A DNA stretch of 34,673 bases from a virus (Duplodnaviria > Heunggongvirae > Uroviricota > Caudoviricetes): the IMG/VR virus record IMGVR_UViG_2917408641_000007; one strand, written 5' to 3'. The notes below the pieces were generated by a model. That model was not told the origin of the DNA. It ran no database searches and saw only the letters and a program-made list of their open reading frames with translations. The position numbers were made by a program, and so were the translations under genes. Shown here one piece after another: positions 18,802 to 29,159 of this stretch; positions within the stretch are counted from its first letter, which is position 1; each line of letters starts with the position of its first letter.

Positions 18802-19224
18802 ATGGCGACTGAACCAAAAGCTGGTCGCCCCTCTGATTATATGCCGGAGGTGGCTGACGATATCTGCTCGTTGCTTTCTTCTGGCGAAAGTTTGCTGAAA
18901 GTATGTAAGCGTCCTGGTATGCCGGATAAGTCCACTGTTTTCCGCTGGTTGGCAAAGCATGAGGATTTTCGCGACAAGTACGCGAAGGCAACTGAGGCAC
19001 GAGCTGATTCTATTTTCGAAGAGATATTCGAAATTGCTGACAATGCGATTCCAGATGCTGCTGAAGTGGCAAAGGCAAGACTTCGCGTTGATACCCGCAA
19101 ATGGGCGCTGGCCCGAATGAATCCCCGTAAGTATGGCGACAAGGTAACTAACGAGCTTGTCGGTAAGGACGGCGGCGCAATCCAGATTGAAACATCACCG
19201 ATGAGCTCTCTATTCGGAAAATGA
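18802..19224 (+). CDS. Terminase small subunit (Sf6/P22-like)
   Basis: 140 aa MATEPKAGRPSDYMPEVADDICSLLSSGESLLKVCKRPGMPDKSTVFRWLAKHEDFRDKY... with HTH-like N-terminal domain; immediately upstream of and overlapping the large terminase gene. Confidence 0.75.
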   Translation: MATEPKAGRPSDYMPEVADDICSLLSSGESLLKVCKRPGMPDKSTVFRWLAKHEDFRDKYAKATEARADSIFEEIFEIADNAIPDAAEVAKARLRVDTRKWALARMNPRKYGDKVTNELVGKDGGAIQIETSPMSSLFGK

Positions 19225-20636
19225 CCTCGATTAATCCTATCTTTGAACCGTTCATTGAGGCGCATCGCTACAAAGTCGCCAAAGGCGGTCGAGGTAGCGG
19301 TAAATCATGGGCAATTGCGAGGCTGCTTGTTGAGGCGGCGCGTCGGCAGCCTGTGCGTATTCTCTGCGCTCGTGAACTGCAAAACAGTATCAGCGATTCG
19401 GTAATCCGGTTGCTTGAAGACACCATAGAGCGGGAAGGATATTCGGCTGAGTTTGAAATTCAGCGTTCAATGATTCGTCATCTCGGAACGAATGCTGAAT
19501 TCATGTTCTACGGCATCAAAAACAACCCGACGAAGATTAAATCGCTCGAAGGCATTGATATCTGCTGGGTGGAAGAAGCGGAAGCGGTAACGAAGGAATC
19601 ATGGGATATCCTGATACCAACCATCCGCAAGCCGTTTTCCGAAATATGGGTGAGCTTTAACCCGAAGAACATACTCGACGATACCTATCAGCGATTCGTC
19701 GTAAATCCTCCCGATGATATTTGTCTGCTGACGGTGAACTACACCGACAACCCGCATTTTCCTGAAGTTCTCCGTCTGGAGATGGAAGAGTGTAAACGCA
19801 GAAACCCGACACTGTATCGTCACATCTGGCTTGGTGAGCCAGTAAGCGCAAGTGATATGGCAATCATCAAACGTGAATGGCTTGAAGCCGCAACCGATGC
19901 GCACAAGAAACTCGGATGGAAAGCGAAGGGCGCGGTTGTTTCTGCGCATGACCCATCAGATACAGGGCCAGATGCTAAAGGTTATGCATCGCGTCACGGT
20001 TCGGTAGTTAAGCGCATTGCCGAAGGTCTGCTGATGGACATCAACGAGGGTGCTGACTGGGCTACTTCGCTGGCGATTGAAGACGGCGCTGACCACTACC
20101 TGTGGGATGGTGATGGTGTTGGTGCCGGGCTACGCAGACAGACAACGGAAGCGTTCTCCGGCAAGAAAATCACCGCCACGATGTTCAAGGGCAGCGAATC
20201 GCCATTCGATGAAGATGCTCCGTATCAGGCCGGAGCATGGGCTGATGAAGTCGTACATGGCGACAACGTTCGCACTATTGGCGATGTATTCCGCAATAAG
20301 CGAGCGCAATTCTATTATGCGCTGGCTGACAGGCTGTATCTGACATATCGGGCGGTTGTCCACGGTGAGTATGCAGACCCCGACGACATGCTGAGCTTCG
20401 ACAAAGAAGCGATAGGCGAGAAGATGCTGGAGAAGCTGTTTGCAGAAATGACGCAGATTCAGCGCAAATTCAATAATAATGGGAAGCTGGAGCTTATGAC
20501 TAAGGTCGAAATGAAGCAGAAGCTCGGTATTCCATCTCCTAACCTGGCTGATGCGCTGATGATGTGTATGCATTGCCCGGAGTCGGCTGCGCAACCCGAC
20601 TATTCCAGTTACTCAATTCCTTGTGGTGTAGGTTGA
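19221..20636 (+). CDS. Terminase large subunit (ATPase + nuclease)
   Basis: 471 aa with N-terminal Walker A KVAKGGRGSGKS, Walker B-like ICWVEEAE, C-terminal nuclease-length domain. Confidence 0.9.
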   Translation: MTSINPIFEPFIEAHRYKVAKGGRGSGKSWAIARLLVEAARRQPVRILCARELQNSISDSVIRLLEDTIEREGYSAEFEIQRSMIRHLGTNAEFMFYGIKNNPTKIKSLEGIDICWVEEAEAVTKESWDILIPTIRKPFSEIWVSFNPKNILDDTYQRFVVNPPDDICLLTVNYTDNPHFPEVLRLEMEECKRRNPTLYRHIWLGEPVSASDMAIIKREWLEAATDAHKKLGWKAKGAVVSAHDPSDTGPDAKGYASRHGSVVKRIAEGLLMDINEGADWATSLAIEDGADHYLWDGDGVGAGLRRQTTEAFSGKKITATMFKGSESPFDEDAPYQAGAWADEVVHGDNVRTIGDVFRNKRAQFYYALADRLYLTYRAVVHGEYADPDDMLSFDKEAIGEKMLEKLFAEMTQIQRKFNNNGKLELMTKVEMKQKLGIPSPNLADALMMCMHCPESAAQPDYSSYSIPCGVG

Positions 20637-20637
20637 T

Positions 20638-22836
20638 ATGGCAGAAAAAAAGATGACTGACTGGCATCGCAAGGTGCTGTGCAACTTTGATAATGCCTGG
20701 TCAGCAACGCAGGATATGCGTGAGCAGGTTATTGAGGCTCAACGTTTCGTCCGGGTGTCCGGCGCACAGTGGGAAGGCAGCACAAACGCTGGTTACTCAT
20801 TTGATGAAGGCAGGTTTGAGCATTACCCGCGCTTTGAACTGAATAAGATTGCCCGTGAATGTGATCGCATCATTGGCGAGTATCGACAGAATCGCATCAG
20901 CGTTAAATTCAGGCCGAAGGACGATAAGGCATCGGAAGCGTTAGCCGAAAAGATGAATGGTAAATTCCGCGCTGACTATCAGGAAACATCCGGTGGTGAA
21001 GCGTGTGATAACGCATTTGATGATGCTGTAACGGGCGGATTCGGTTGTTTCCGCATGTGTGCCGATTACGAAGATGAAATGGATCCGAGTAACGAGCAGC
21101 GACGCATCAGCCTTCTTCCTGTTTACGACCCAGCGACATGCGTCTTCTTCGATCAGGACAGCAAGCAATATGACCGCTCTGATGCTATGTGGGCTATGGA
21201 AATGTTCTCCATGACGCCCAAAGCGTTCGAGGCTGAATACCCTGATTCCATCGCAGCAAGCCTTTCTCGTGATGACACTGGTACTCAGTATGACTGGTCA
21301 ACGCCCGATGCCATCTATGTTGGACGCTACTACGAAGTTCGCATAGAGAAGGTGAAGCTCACGGCGTGGCGTAACCCTGTCAGCGGAGAAACGGCAATCT
21401 ATGATGAAGAGCAAATCAAAGATATTGTCGACGAGCTGACCGATGGTGCATTCGAACTGATTGGCGAGCGAACGGTGAAGAAACGCCGAGTTTATTGCGG
21501 TCTTCTGTCTGGCGCTGAATGGCTGGAAGAACCGAAGCGTATTCCGGGTGAACATATTCCTCTCATCCCGGTATATGGGCGTCGCTCATTTGTTGATAAT
21601 CAGGAGCGAATCGAAGGCCACGCAGCAAAAGCGATGGATGCACAGCGTCTTGAGAACCTGATGGTTTCCATGATTGCAGATAACGCTACTCAGGCTGGCG
21701 GAGATGGCATTCCTATCGTGGATGTTGATTTTATCCCCGGTCCATTAATGAATCACTGGGCGGAGAGGAATAAGAAAAGACCAGCCGTTCTTCCTATGAC
21801 CAGCAAGAAGGACAAAAACGGAACAGTCATTTCAGAAGCTCAGGTTGCTGGCTGGACACCTCCGACACAAATGCCTCCAGCTCTTGCCGGGCTATTGCAG
21901 TACACCGGAACGGCTATTCAGCAAATTACAGGTGCGTCGCAGATTGAGAACATGCCGAGCAACGTCGCTACCGATACCGTTGATAGTATCTTTAACCGGA
22001 TGGATACGCAGTCCTATATCTACATGGACAACATGGCTAAATCCATGCGTCGCGCTGGCGTTGTGTGGCTTTCTATGGCGCGTGAGGTCTATGGCAGTGA
22101 TACGCCGATGCGTATCGTTAATGAGGACGGCAGCGATGACGTGGCGCTGATGACAGGTGAAGTGGTTGACCGTCAGACAGGGCAGGTTATCGCGCTTAAC
22201 GACCTTTCGCAGGGTAACTATGAAGTGACTGTCGATGTCGGTCAGTCGTTCGCTACTCGCCGTGACGCAACGGTCAAGTCGTTACTTTCCATGCTGGCAC
22301 TTATCCCACCAGGAACGCCGAAGCACGACCTTGTATCGTCGATGATTCTCGACAATATGGACGGCGAAGGGATGGACGACCTTAAAGAATACAACCGCAA
22401 TCAGTTGCTTCTGTCTGGCGTTATCAAGCCGAGAACGCCTGAAGAACAGCAGATGGTTGAACAGGCGAAACAACAACAGGCCAGTCAGCCAGATCCGGCT
22501 ATGGTTGCAGCGCAAGGTCAGCTTCTTGCTGGTCAGGCTGAATTGCAGAAAGCGCAGAACGAACAGGCAGCCATTCAGGTTAAAGCATTCCAGGCACAGA
22601 CGGATGCTCAGGTTGCTGCGGCAAATGTTGTGAAAATCCTCGCATCTGCCGATAGCCAGCAAAAATCTGATATCCGTGAGGCGCTGAAACTGCTCGGACA
22701 GTTCCAGCAACAGCAAGGAGACAATGCCCGTGCTGATGCAGAGCTTGTCCTGAAAAGTCAGGCACAGGGCCATGCACAACGAATGGACATCAGCAGCATC
22801 CTGCAAAAATCAACCCAGCAACAACCACAGCAGTAA
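20638..22836 (+). CDS. Portal protein (P22 gp1-like)
   Basis: 732 aa; position after the large terminase; Gln-rich C-terminal barrel-like segment ...QAELQKAQNEQAAIQVKAFQAQTDAQV... typical of P22-like portals. Confidence 0.85.
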   Translation: MAEKKMTDWHRKVLCNFDNAWSATQDMREQVIEAQRFVRVSGAQWEGSTNAGYSFDEGRFEHYPRFELNKIARECDRIIGEYRQNRISVKFRPKDDKASEALAEKMNGKFRADYQETSGGEACDNAFDDAVTGGFGCFRMCADYEDEMDPSNEQRRISLLPVYDPATCVFFDQDSKQYDRSDAMWAMEMFSMTPKAFEAEYPDSIAASLSRDDTGTQYDWSTPDAIYVGRYYEVRIEKVKLTAWRNPVSGETAIYDEEQIKDIVDELTDGAFELIGERTVKKRRVYCGLLSGAEWLEEPKRIPGEHIPLIPVYGRRSFVDNQERIEGHAAKAMDAQRLENLMVSMIADNATQAGGDGIPIVDVDFIPGPLMNHWAERNKKRPAVLPMTSKKDKNGTVISEAQVAGWTPPTQMPPALAGLLQYTGTAIQQITGASQIENMPSNVATDTVDSIFNRMDTQSYIYMDNMAKSMRRAGVVWLSMAREVYGSDTPMRIVNEDGSDDVALMTGEVVDRQTGQVIALNDLSQGNYEVTVDVGQSFATRRDATVKSLLSMLALIPPGTPKHDLVSSMILDNMDGEGMDDLKEYNRNQLLLSGVIKPRTPEEQQMVEQAKQQQASQPDPAMVAAQGQLLAGQAELQKAQNEQAAIQVKAFQAQTDAQVAAANVVKILASADSQQKSDIREALKLLGQFQQQQGDNARADAELVLKSQAQGHAQRMDISSILQKSTQQQPQQ

Positions 22837-22926
22837 TTAACCCATAACGTGCAATGGCTGTCTTTATGAGGCCTTGCACCCTATTGCCTTCCGATGGGCT
22901 GAACATCGAGTAAACAGGGGTAACAA

Positions 22927-23820
22927 ATGAACCAGATGGCAGAAAACACACCAGAAGTTGAAATCGAAACCGACCCGTCAGAGCAGATTCCTGATGATGT
23001 CGAACTGGCTGAAGAAGTCGAAACAGAAGATGGCAGTGAGTCCTCCGGCAATGATGCAGAGGAAGCTACTGAAACTGATGACGACGAATCAGAACAGGAA
23101 TTCTACTTTGGTGACGAAAAGCTGGATTCGCCAACCAGCGAAGATGGCGCTGAGCATGGACTGGTAAAACATCTGCGCAAGACGATTAAAGAGAAAGACC
23201 GCGAGCTGAAAGAGCTGATGCGTCAGTCTCAGAAACCCGTCGAGCAGCAGCCGGTAATCACTCAACCACCGCGAATGCCAAAACTGGATGATGAGGACAT
23301 CGGTTTCGATGAAGAAATCTACCAGCAACGCATGGCTAAGTGGGCAGAGGATAACGGCAAGTACCAGCAACAGGAGATGGCTCGCAAGCAGAAGGAGCAG
23401 GAGCTTCAGGCTGCCTATCAAGAGCGATTATCCAAATATCAGCAACGTGTTAAGGCTCTCAAAGTTCCTAGCTATCAGGAAGCTGAGCAGGCCGTACTCG
23501 AGGAAATCCCCATCGAGACACAAAACGCGATCCTGTTTGAGTCAGAGAAGCCGGAAATCGTTGTTCTGGCACTCGGTCGCAACGCTGAACTGCGCAAGCA
23601 ACTGGCAGAAGCTACCAACCCCGTAGCAATTGGTCGTCTGCTGGAACGTATCGAATCGAAGGCCAGAATCATGCCAAAAGCAAAAACCACGGCAGCCACA
23701 ACCCCGACAGTTAAGGGGAGCAACGGCGCAGTAATCAATAACCTCGACAAACTGAAAGCCAAGGTGCTGGAAACTGGTGACTGGACGCCGTATTTCGCCG
23801 CTAAAAAGGCAAAAAAATAA
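22927..23820 (+). CDS. Scaffolding protein
   Basis: 297 aa, highly acidic N-terminus, long coiled-coil, basic C-terminal tail; located between portal and coat as in P22-like phages. Confidence 0.65.
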   Translation: MNQMAENTPEVEIETDPSEQIPDDVELAEEVETEDGSESSGNDAEEATETDDDESEQEFYFGDEKLDSPTSEDGAEHGLVKHLRKTIKEKDRELKELMRQSQKPVEQQPVITQPPRMPKLDDEDIGFDEEIYQQRMAKWAEDNGKYQQQEMARKQKEQELQAAYQERLSKYQQRVKALKVPSYQEAEQAVLEEIPIETQNAILFESEKPEIVVLALGRNAELRKQLAEATNPVAIGRLLERIESKARIMPKAKTTAATTPTVKGSNGAVINNLDKLKAKVLETGDWTPYFAAKKAKK

Positions 23821-23838
23821 CCTATCGGAGCATTAAGC

Positions 23839-25092
23839 ATGGCTAACCAATTAGCAAAAGACCTTGAAATCATGTTCGAAAACTACGTTGAAGGCTTTGA
23901 GGCCGCCTGCGTAGTTTCCCGTAACGCAAAAAAATTCCGTCCCGGTGATACAGCAATGCAGCGAGCAGGTGATGTTCTGTATCGTCCGCAGCATTACCAC
24001 ATGAACATTGAGGAAGGCCTCGACCTCAGCAGCAAAACGCCAACAGCACTGGTTCAGCGCCTTGTTCCTTCTGTGTTCAAGGAGCCGAAAAACATTCTGT
24101 ACACTCTGGATGCGCGTGAAATGCGTGACCCGGAACATAAAACTGAAGCTGGTCGCGCCGCAGGTATGCGCCTTGCTGCGCAGATTGACTCGGACCTGAT
24201 TTCCATGGTCACGCAGCGTGCTACTAACGTGATCACAATGGCTGACTCAACCACTGGTTCACAGGGCCGTGATTTGTGGAACTGTGCGGCAGGCATTGAT
24301 GCCACCATGACGGCGATTGGTGTACCACAGGGTATCAACCGCCGCTCTTTCTGGAACCCCTTCAACTACAAAGACCTTGCTGGCGAGCTTGGTCACCGTG
24401 CCTATGCTCAGGGCGCAACCCTGACAGCATACGAAAAAGCGCAGATCCCTCCGGTTGCGTCCTTCGATAGCTACAAGACCGATATTTCTGGTCGTGTTCC
24501 GAAGGGTACAGCAACTTCCCTGACGCTGGCGGCTGAACCTGCGCACAAGGTTGAAGCGAAAGATGCCAACGATATGCCAGTGGATAACCGACAGGGGACT
24601 ATTACGGTATCTGCATCTGGGTTGCAGGTTGGCGATGCGTTCACCATTGCTGGCGTGAATTCTGTACACCAGATCACCAAAGACACCACCGGGCAGCCGC
24701 AGGTATTCCGCGTTCTGGCAGTAAGCGGAACGACAGTAACTATCTCCCCGAAAATTCTGCCGCCTGACAACGCAGATGTCGCCAGCCGTCCATATGCAAA
24801 CGTTGATGCTAACGCGGCAAATGGTGCAGCAATTACCATTCTCAACAAGAATGCCGCACCGGCTAACCTGTTCTGGGCTGATGGTTCTGTTGAGCTGATG
24901 TACGGCAAACTGGCGTTCCCGACTGGTCAGGGTCCACAGGTAATGACAGCAACCACCGAGCAGGGCGCTACGCTGATCATGTCTTACGCCTTCGACCACA
25001 TCAAAGGCGTAACCACTGCGCGTTTCACCACCCTGTACGGTTGCTCTGTACTTGTTCCTGAATATACGGGCATCGTTATTGCCGGGCAGTAA
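23839..25092 (+). CDS. Major capsid (coat) protein, P22 gp5-like
   Basis: 417 aa, strong RBS, positioned after scaffold and followed by a terminator; motif pattern recalled from P22 coat (AKKF.P...MQR, FWAD, NILN). Confidence 0.75.
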   Translation: MANQLAKDLEIMFENYVEGFEAACVVSRNAKKFRPGDTAMQRAGDVLYRPQHYHMNIEEGLDLSSKTPTALVQRLVPSVFKEPKNILYTLDAREMRDPEHKTEAGRAAGMRLAAQIDSDLISMVTQRATNVITMADSTTGSQGRDLWNCAAGIDATMTAIGVPQGINRRSFWNPFNYKDLAGELGHRAYAQGATLTAYEKAQIPPVASFDSYKTDISGRVPKGTATSLTLAAEPAHKVEAKDANDMPVDNRQGTITVSASGLQVGDAFTIAGVNSVHQITKDTTGQPQVFRVLAVSGTTVTISPKILPPDNADVASRPYANVDANAANGAAITILNKNAAPANLFWADGSVELMYGKLAFPTGQGPQVMTATTEQGATLIMSYAFDHIKGVTTARFTTLYGCSVLVPEYTGIVIAGQ

Positions 25093-25099
25093 TTTTGGT

Positions 25100-25120
25100 G
25101 GGGCTTCGGCCCCATTTTTA
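25100..25120 (+). terminator. Rho-independent terminator after coat gene
   Basis: GGGGC-TTCG-GCCCC hairpin with tetraloop followed by ATTTTTATT. Confidence 0.6.
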
Positions 25121-25133
25121 TTGGGAGAAGACA

Positions 25134-25322
25134 ATGGCACGAACAATGCTCTATAAGCCTGGCAACATGATCACCTGTGGTCAGTTTGCTGTCGATTACA
25201 TCATTGTTGATGACGAAGAAGTTAAATCTCACCTGAAAAAAGGCTGGGTAAAAACTCCTGAAGAAACCGCAACGAAGCATAAAGTGGCTAAGGCGGAAGA
25301 AGATGGCGAAAACGAAGGGTGA
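25134..25322 (+). CDS. Hypothetical small protein (62 aa)
   Basis: Internal ATG of track ORF 25095..25322 (track start is TTG) with GGGAGA RBS; MARTMLYKPGNMITCGQFAVDYIIVDDEEVKSHLKKGW... Confidence 0.4.
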   Translation: MARTMLYKPGNMITCGQFAVDYIIVDDEEVKSHLKKGWVKTPEETATKHKVAKAEEDGENEG

Positions 25323-25764
25323 TCTCGTTCTTAAGGCTTTACGAAAAGCCGGGCTGTATTCCAATGCCACGTTGACAGATGCTGACCCTCAGGCAATTGA
25401 AGATGCCATTAATGACCTCGAAGACATGATGGCAGCATGGCAGGCTAAAGGTATCGAGCTTGGATATCAGTTTGCTGATACAGAAAACGGCATCATGCCG
25501 TTACCTGACGATGATTCAGGTATCCCTGCATGGGCAAATGATGGCGTCGCTTTGAAACTCGCTGTGCAAGTGTGCATGGATAACGTCATTCAGCCGTCAG
25601 ACGCTCTCCTTACCGCTGCTGACAGTGCATATCAGACAATCTGCATCGCTTTAACCAAAATACCACCACTTGAGCGGCGAAATGACATGCCTCGCGGTAG
25701 TGGTAACAAAAGCGCGTTTACGTGGAATCGGTTTTACATCGAGAAAGATGATCCGAGTACGTGA
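25303..25764 (+). CDS. Head completion / tail adaptor protein (P22 gp4-like)
   Basis: 153 aa; N-terminus MAKTKGDLVLKALRKAGLYSNATLTDADPQAIEDAINDLEDMMAAW resembles P22 gp4; position after coat. Confidence 0.65.
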   Translation: MAKTKGDLVLKALRKAGLYSNATLTDADPQAIEDAINDLEDMMAAWQAKGIELGYQFADTENGIMPLPDDDSGIPAWANDGVALKLAVQVCMDNVIQPSDALLTAADSAYQTICIALTKIPPLERRNDMPRGSGNKSAFTWNRFYIEKDDPST

Positions 25765-25773
25765 GGTGAATAA

Positions 25774-27192
25774 ATGCCGATTCAGCAACTTCCGCTCATG
25801 AAAGGTGTCGGCAAAGACTTCCGAAATGCCGACTATATCGACTATCTGCCAGTGAATATGCTGGCTACACCCAAAGAAATCCTGAACAGCAGCGGATATC
25901 TTCGCTCATTCCCGGGCATTGCCAAACGTTCTGATGTGAACGGCGTATCGCGCGGCGTCGAGTACAACATGGCGCAGAGTGCTGTTTATCGCGTGTGTGG
26001 TGGCAAGTTGTATAAGGGCGAAAGCGAAGTCGGTGACGTCGCCGGAAGTGGTCGCGTATCAATGGCGCATGGTCGAACATCTCAGGCTGTAGGCGTTAAC
26101 GGGCAACTGGTCGAGTATCGCTATGATGGCACGGTTAAAACCGTCTCAAACTGGCCTACAGACAGCGGATTCACGCAGTATGAGTTAGGTTCTGTTCGTG
26201 ACATTACTCGTTTACGTGGGCGTTATGCGTGGTCAAAAGACGGTACTGATTCATGGTTTATCACTGACCTTGAAGACGAATCGCACCCTGACCGCTACAG
26301 CGCACAATATCGCGCAGAATCGCAGCCTGACGGCATCATCGGTATCGGCACATGGCGAGACTTCATCGTCTGTTTTGGTTCAGCGACGATTGAATATTTC
26401 TCCCTGACTGGTGCAACCACCATTGGTGCCGCTTTGTATGTCGCACAGCCATCGCTGATGGTGCAGAAAGGCATTGCCGGGACTTACTGCAAAACGCCAT
26501 TCGCTGATTCTTATGCGTTCATCAGCAATCCGGCAACAGGTGCGCCGTCTGTGTATATCATCGGCTCCGGTCAGGTATCACCAATCGCCAGCGCGAGCAT
26601 TGAGAAAATCCTCCGCTCCTACACTGATGATGAACTGGCTGATGGCGTGATGGAGTCTCTGAGATTTGATGCTCATGAGTTGCTGATTATCCACCTTCCA
26701 CGCCATGTTCTCGTGTACGACGCATCTTCAAGCGCCAATGGTCCGCAATGGTGTGTGTTGAAAACTGGCTTGTATGACGATGTGTACCGCGCTATCGACT
26801 TCATTTACGAAGGCAATCAGATAACGTGCGGCGATAAGCTGGAGTCCGTGACCGGGAAATTGCAGTTCGATATCAGCAGCCAGTACGACAAGCAACAGGA
26901 ACACCTGCTGTTTACTCCGTTGTTCAAAGCAGATAACGCCAGAGTTTTCGACCTTGAAGTTGAATCTTCAACTGGCGTTGCGCAGTACGCTGACCGCCTG
27001 TTCCTATCGGCAACCACTGACGGCATCAATTACGGACGTGAGCAGATGATTGAGCAGAATGAACCGTTCGTTTACGACAAACGCGTTTTGTGGAAGCGGG
27101 TCGGACGCATCAGGAAAAATGTCGGCTTCAAATTGCGCGTTATCACGAAGTCACCTGTCACTCTGTCAGGCTGCCAGATAAGGATTGAGTAA
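25774..27192 (+). CDS. Tail accessory protein (P22 gp10-like)
   Basis: 472 aa, same size and position as P22 gp10, between the gp4-like and needle genes. Confidence 0.75.
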   Translation: MPIQQLPLMKGVGKDFRNADYIDYLPVNMLATPKEILNSSGYLRSFPGIAKRSDVNGVSRGVEYNMAQSAVYRVCGGKLYKGESEVGDVAGSGRVSMAHGRTSQAVGVNGQLVEYRYDGTVKTVSNWPTDSGFTQYELGSVRDITRLRGRYAWSKDGTDSWFITDLEDESHPDRYSAQYRAESQPDGIIGIGTWRDFIVCFGSATIEYFSLTGATTIGAALYVAQPSLMVQKGIAGTYCKTPFADSYAFISNPATGAPSVYIIGSGQVSPIASASIEKILRSYTDDELADGVMESLRFDAHELLIIHLPRHVLVYDASSSANGPQWCVLKTGLYDDVYRAIDFIYEGNQITCGDKLESVTGKLQFDISSQYDKQQEHLLFTPLFKADNARVFDLEVESSTGVAQYADRLFLSATTDGINYGREQMIEQNEPFVYDKRVLWKRVGRIRKNVGFKLRVITKSPVTLSGCQIRIE

Positions 27193-28040
27193 TGGCTGAT
27201 TCGAATCTCAATGAGCCGGTAATCATCCAGGCTACGCGGCTCGACACATCAGTTCTTCCACGCAATATCTTCTCGCAGTCGTATCTGCTGTACGTTATCG
27301 CGCAAGGTACAGATGTTGGTAACGTGGCGAACAAGGCCAATGAAGCGGGGCAGGGCGCTTATGACGCACAAGTCAGGAACGATGAGCAGGATGTGATTCT
27401 TGTCGATCACGAAATTCGACTGGCATCAGCTGAAGCTAAGATTCAGGACCACGAAACAAGGATCACTAACGCAGAAGCGGCGATAGTCGGCCTTGATTCA
27501 CGATTAACGACAGCAGAAAACGATATTGATTATCTGACGGATGAAGTTGTCGCCATTCAAAACACGCTTTCAGACCATGAAACGCGCATTGATGCTCTGG
27601 AGTATGCAACCACGCGTAAGAAGTCAGAGGTTGTTTACTCTGGCGTATCTGTAACCATCCCGACAGCGCCGACCAACCTTGTTAGCCTGCTGAAAACGCT
27701 CACGCCGTCATCCGGCTCGTTGGCACCATTCTTCGACACCGTTAACAACAAGATGGTTGTGTTCAACGAGAACAAAACCTTGTTCTTCAAGCTGTCGATC
27801 GTCGGGACGTGGCCCAGTGGAACCGCAAACAGGTCAATGCAGCTAACCTTTTCCGGCTCTGTTCCTGACACGTTGGTCAGCAGTCGTAATGCGGCGACAA
27901 CAACCGACAACATCCTGTTAGCTACGTTCTTCAGCGTGGATAAAGACGGCTTTCTTGCCACAAATGGAAGCACGTTAACCATTCAGTCAAATGGTGCGGC
28001 GTTTACTGCCACAACCATCAAAATCATTGCGGAGCAGTGA
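27192..28040 (+). CDS. Tail needle (P22 gp26-like N-terminus) with extended C-terminal domain
   Basis: N-terminus [43 protein letters not shown]... like gp26; heptad-rich middle; 282 aa, longer than P22 gp26, consistent with a knob-bearing needle. Confidence 0.75.
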   Translation: MADSNLNEPVIIQATRLDTSVLPRNIFSQSYLLYVIAQGTDVGNVANKANEAGQGAYDAQVRNDEQDVILVDHEIRLASAEAKIQDHETRITNAEAAIVGLDSRLTTAENDIDYLTDEVVAIQNTLSDHETRIDALEYATTRKKSEVVYSGVSVTIPTAPTNLVSLLKTLTPSSGSLAPFFDTVNNKMVVFNENKTLFFKLSIVGTWPSGTANRSMQLTFSGSVPDTLVSSRNAATTTDNILLATFFSVDKDGFLATNGSTLTIQSNGAAFTATTIKIIAEQ

Positions 28041-28519
28041 TGGAAATAAAGCTCATCGATAATCCGGTGAAGCTTGCAGAATTCCTCAACAACCCGGCAA
28101 ACACGGGAAATATCGTAGACAGTGGAGATAAATACTACATCAAGCCTGATGCGGTATATCTCGGCATCTACGAAGGATTAGTGTTGGCTGGCGTTCATGA
28201 AGTGCGCAACTTCTGGCATAGCGTTGTTGAATGCCATGCGGTGTACGACCCCGGATTCCGTGGCGAATATGCACTGCAAGGGCATCGATTATTCTGCAAA
28301 TGGCTTCTCGAAAACTCACCATTCCTTAACAGCATCACTATGGTTCCTGACACCACGAAATACGGACGGGCAATTATCCGTTTGCTTGGCGCTACCCGTG
28401 TTGGTCACCTTGATGATGCTTATACCAGCAATGGAAAGCCTGTAGGAATCACGATTTATCAGTTACCGCGCTCAAAATACGAGGAGCTAACGAATGTTAA
28501 TTTTCCAGATTGCCAATAA
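28037..28519 (+). CDS. P22 gp14-like head/ejection-associated protein
   Basis: 160 aa in the gp14 position (after needle, before gp7/gp20/gp16 homologs). Confidence 0.6.
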   Translation: MMEIKLIDNPVKLAEFLNNPANTGNIVDSGDKYYIKPDAVYLGIYEGLVLAGVHEVRNFWHSVVECHAVYDPGFRGEYALQGHRLFCKWLLENSPFLNSITMVPDTTKYGRAIIRLLGATRVGHLDDAYTSNGKPVGITIYQLPRSKYEELTNVNFPDCQ

Positions 28520-29147
28520 GCACCTCAGCAAAGCTGTGTACTGCAAAGGTGGCAGTGATAGCGGAGCAAAAGAGCAGGCCCGCGCAACTGAAAAAGGTAT
28601 CGATTTACAGCGTGAAATGTGGCAGACGAACATGCAAAACCTTGCACCGTTCACGCCACTTGCTCAACAGTACGTATCACAGTTGCAGAATCTTTCCTCT
28701 CTTCAGGGGCAGGGTCAGGCGCTTAACCAGTATTACAACTCCCAGCAGTACAAAGACCTTGCAGGGCAGGCGCGTTACCAGAGTCTGGCAGCAGCAGAGG
28801 CAACAGGTGGATTAGGCTCTACAGCAACAGGAAACCAGTTAGCAGCAATCGCACCTACGCTCGGTCAAAACTGGCTGTCAGGTCAGATGAACAACTACAA
28901 CAATCTGGCAAATATCGGCCTTGGTGCTCTTACAGGTCAGGCAAACGCCGGACAGAACTACGCTAACAATGTCAGCCAATTGTATCAACAGCAGGCGGCA
29001 GCATCTGCGGCTAATGCGAATAAACCATCAGGATTTCAGAGTGCCTTGGGTGGAGCGGCGGCAGGTGCAGCTGCAGGTACTGCAATCATGCCTGGTTGGG
29101 GGACAGCAATTGGTGCTGGCGTCGGTCTTCTTGGTTCACTTTTTTAA
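28494..29147 (+). CDS. Ejection protein, P22 gp7-like
   Basis: 217 aa, Gln/Ala/Gly-rich with C-terminal hydrophobic Gly-rich segment; GAGGAG RBS. Confidence 0.65.
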   Translation: MLIFQIANKHLSKAVYCKGGSDSGAKEQARATEKGIDLQREMWQTNMQNLAPFTPLAQQYVSQLQNLSSLQGQGQALNQYYNSQQYKDLAGQARYQSLAAAEATGGLGSTATGNQLAAIAPTLGQNWLSGQMNNYNNLANIGLGALTGQANAGQNYANNVSQLYQQQAAASAANANKPSGFQSALGGAAAGAAAGTAIMPGWGTAIGAGVGLLGSLF

Positions 29148-29159
29148 TGGAGGTGTCTC

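Noticed and set aside
19599-24365. Numerous minus-strand or alternate-frame ORFs inside terminase, portal, scaffold and coat genes (e.g. 19599..19949, 20130..20594, 22282..22806, 23475..23873, 24054..24365)
   Set aside because: Fully embedded in long, well-supported plus-strand structural genes; typical shadow ORFs.
24259-25370. Long minus-strand ORFs 24259..25146 (295 aa) and 24984..25370 antisense to the coat gene
   Set aside because: Cys/Arg-rich low-complexity translation typical of an antisense frame of a highly expressed gene; the coat reading frame has the RBS, terminator and module position.
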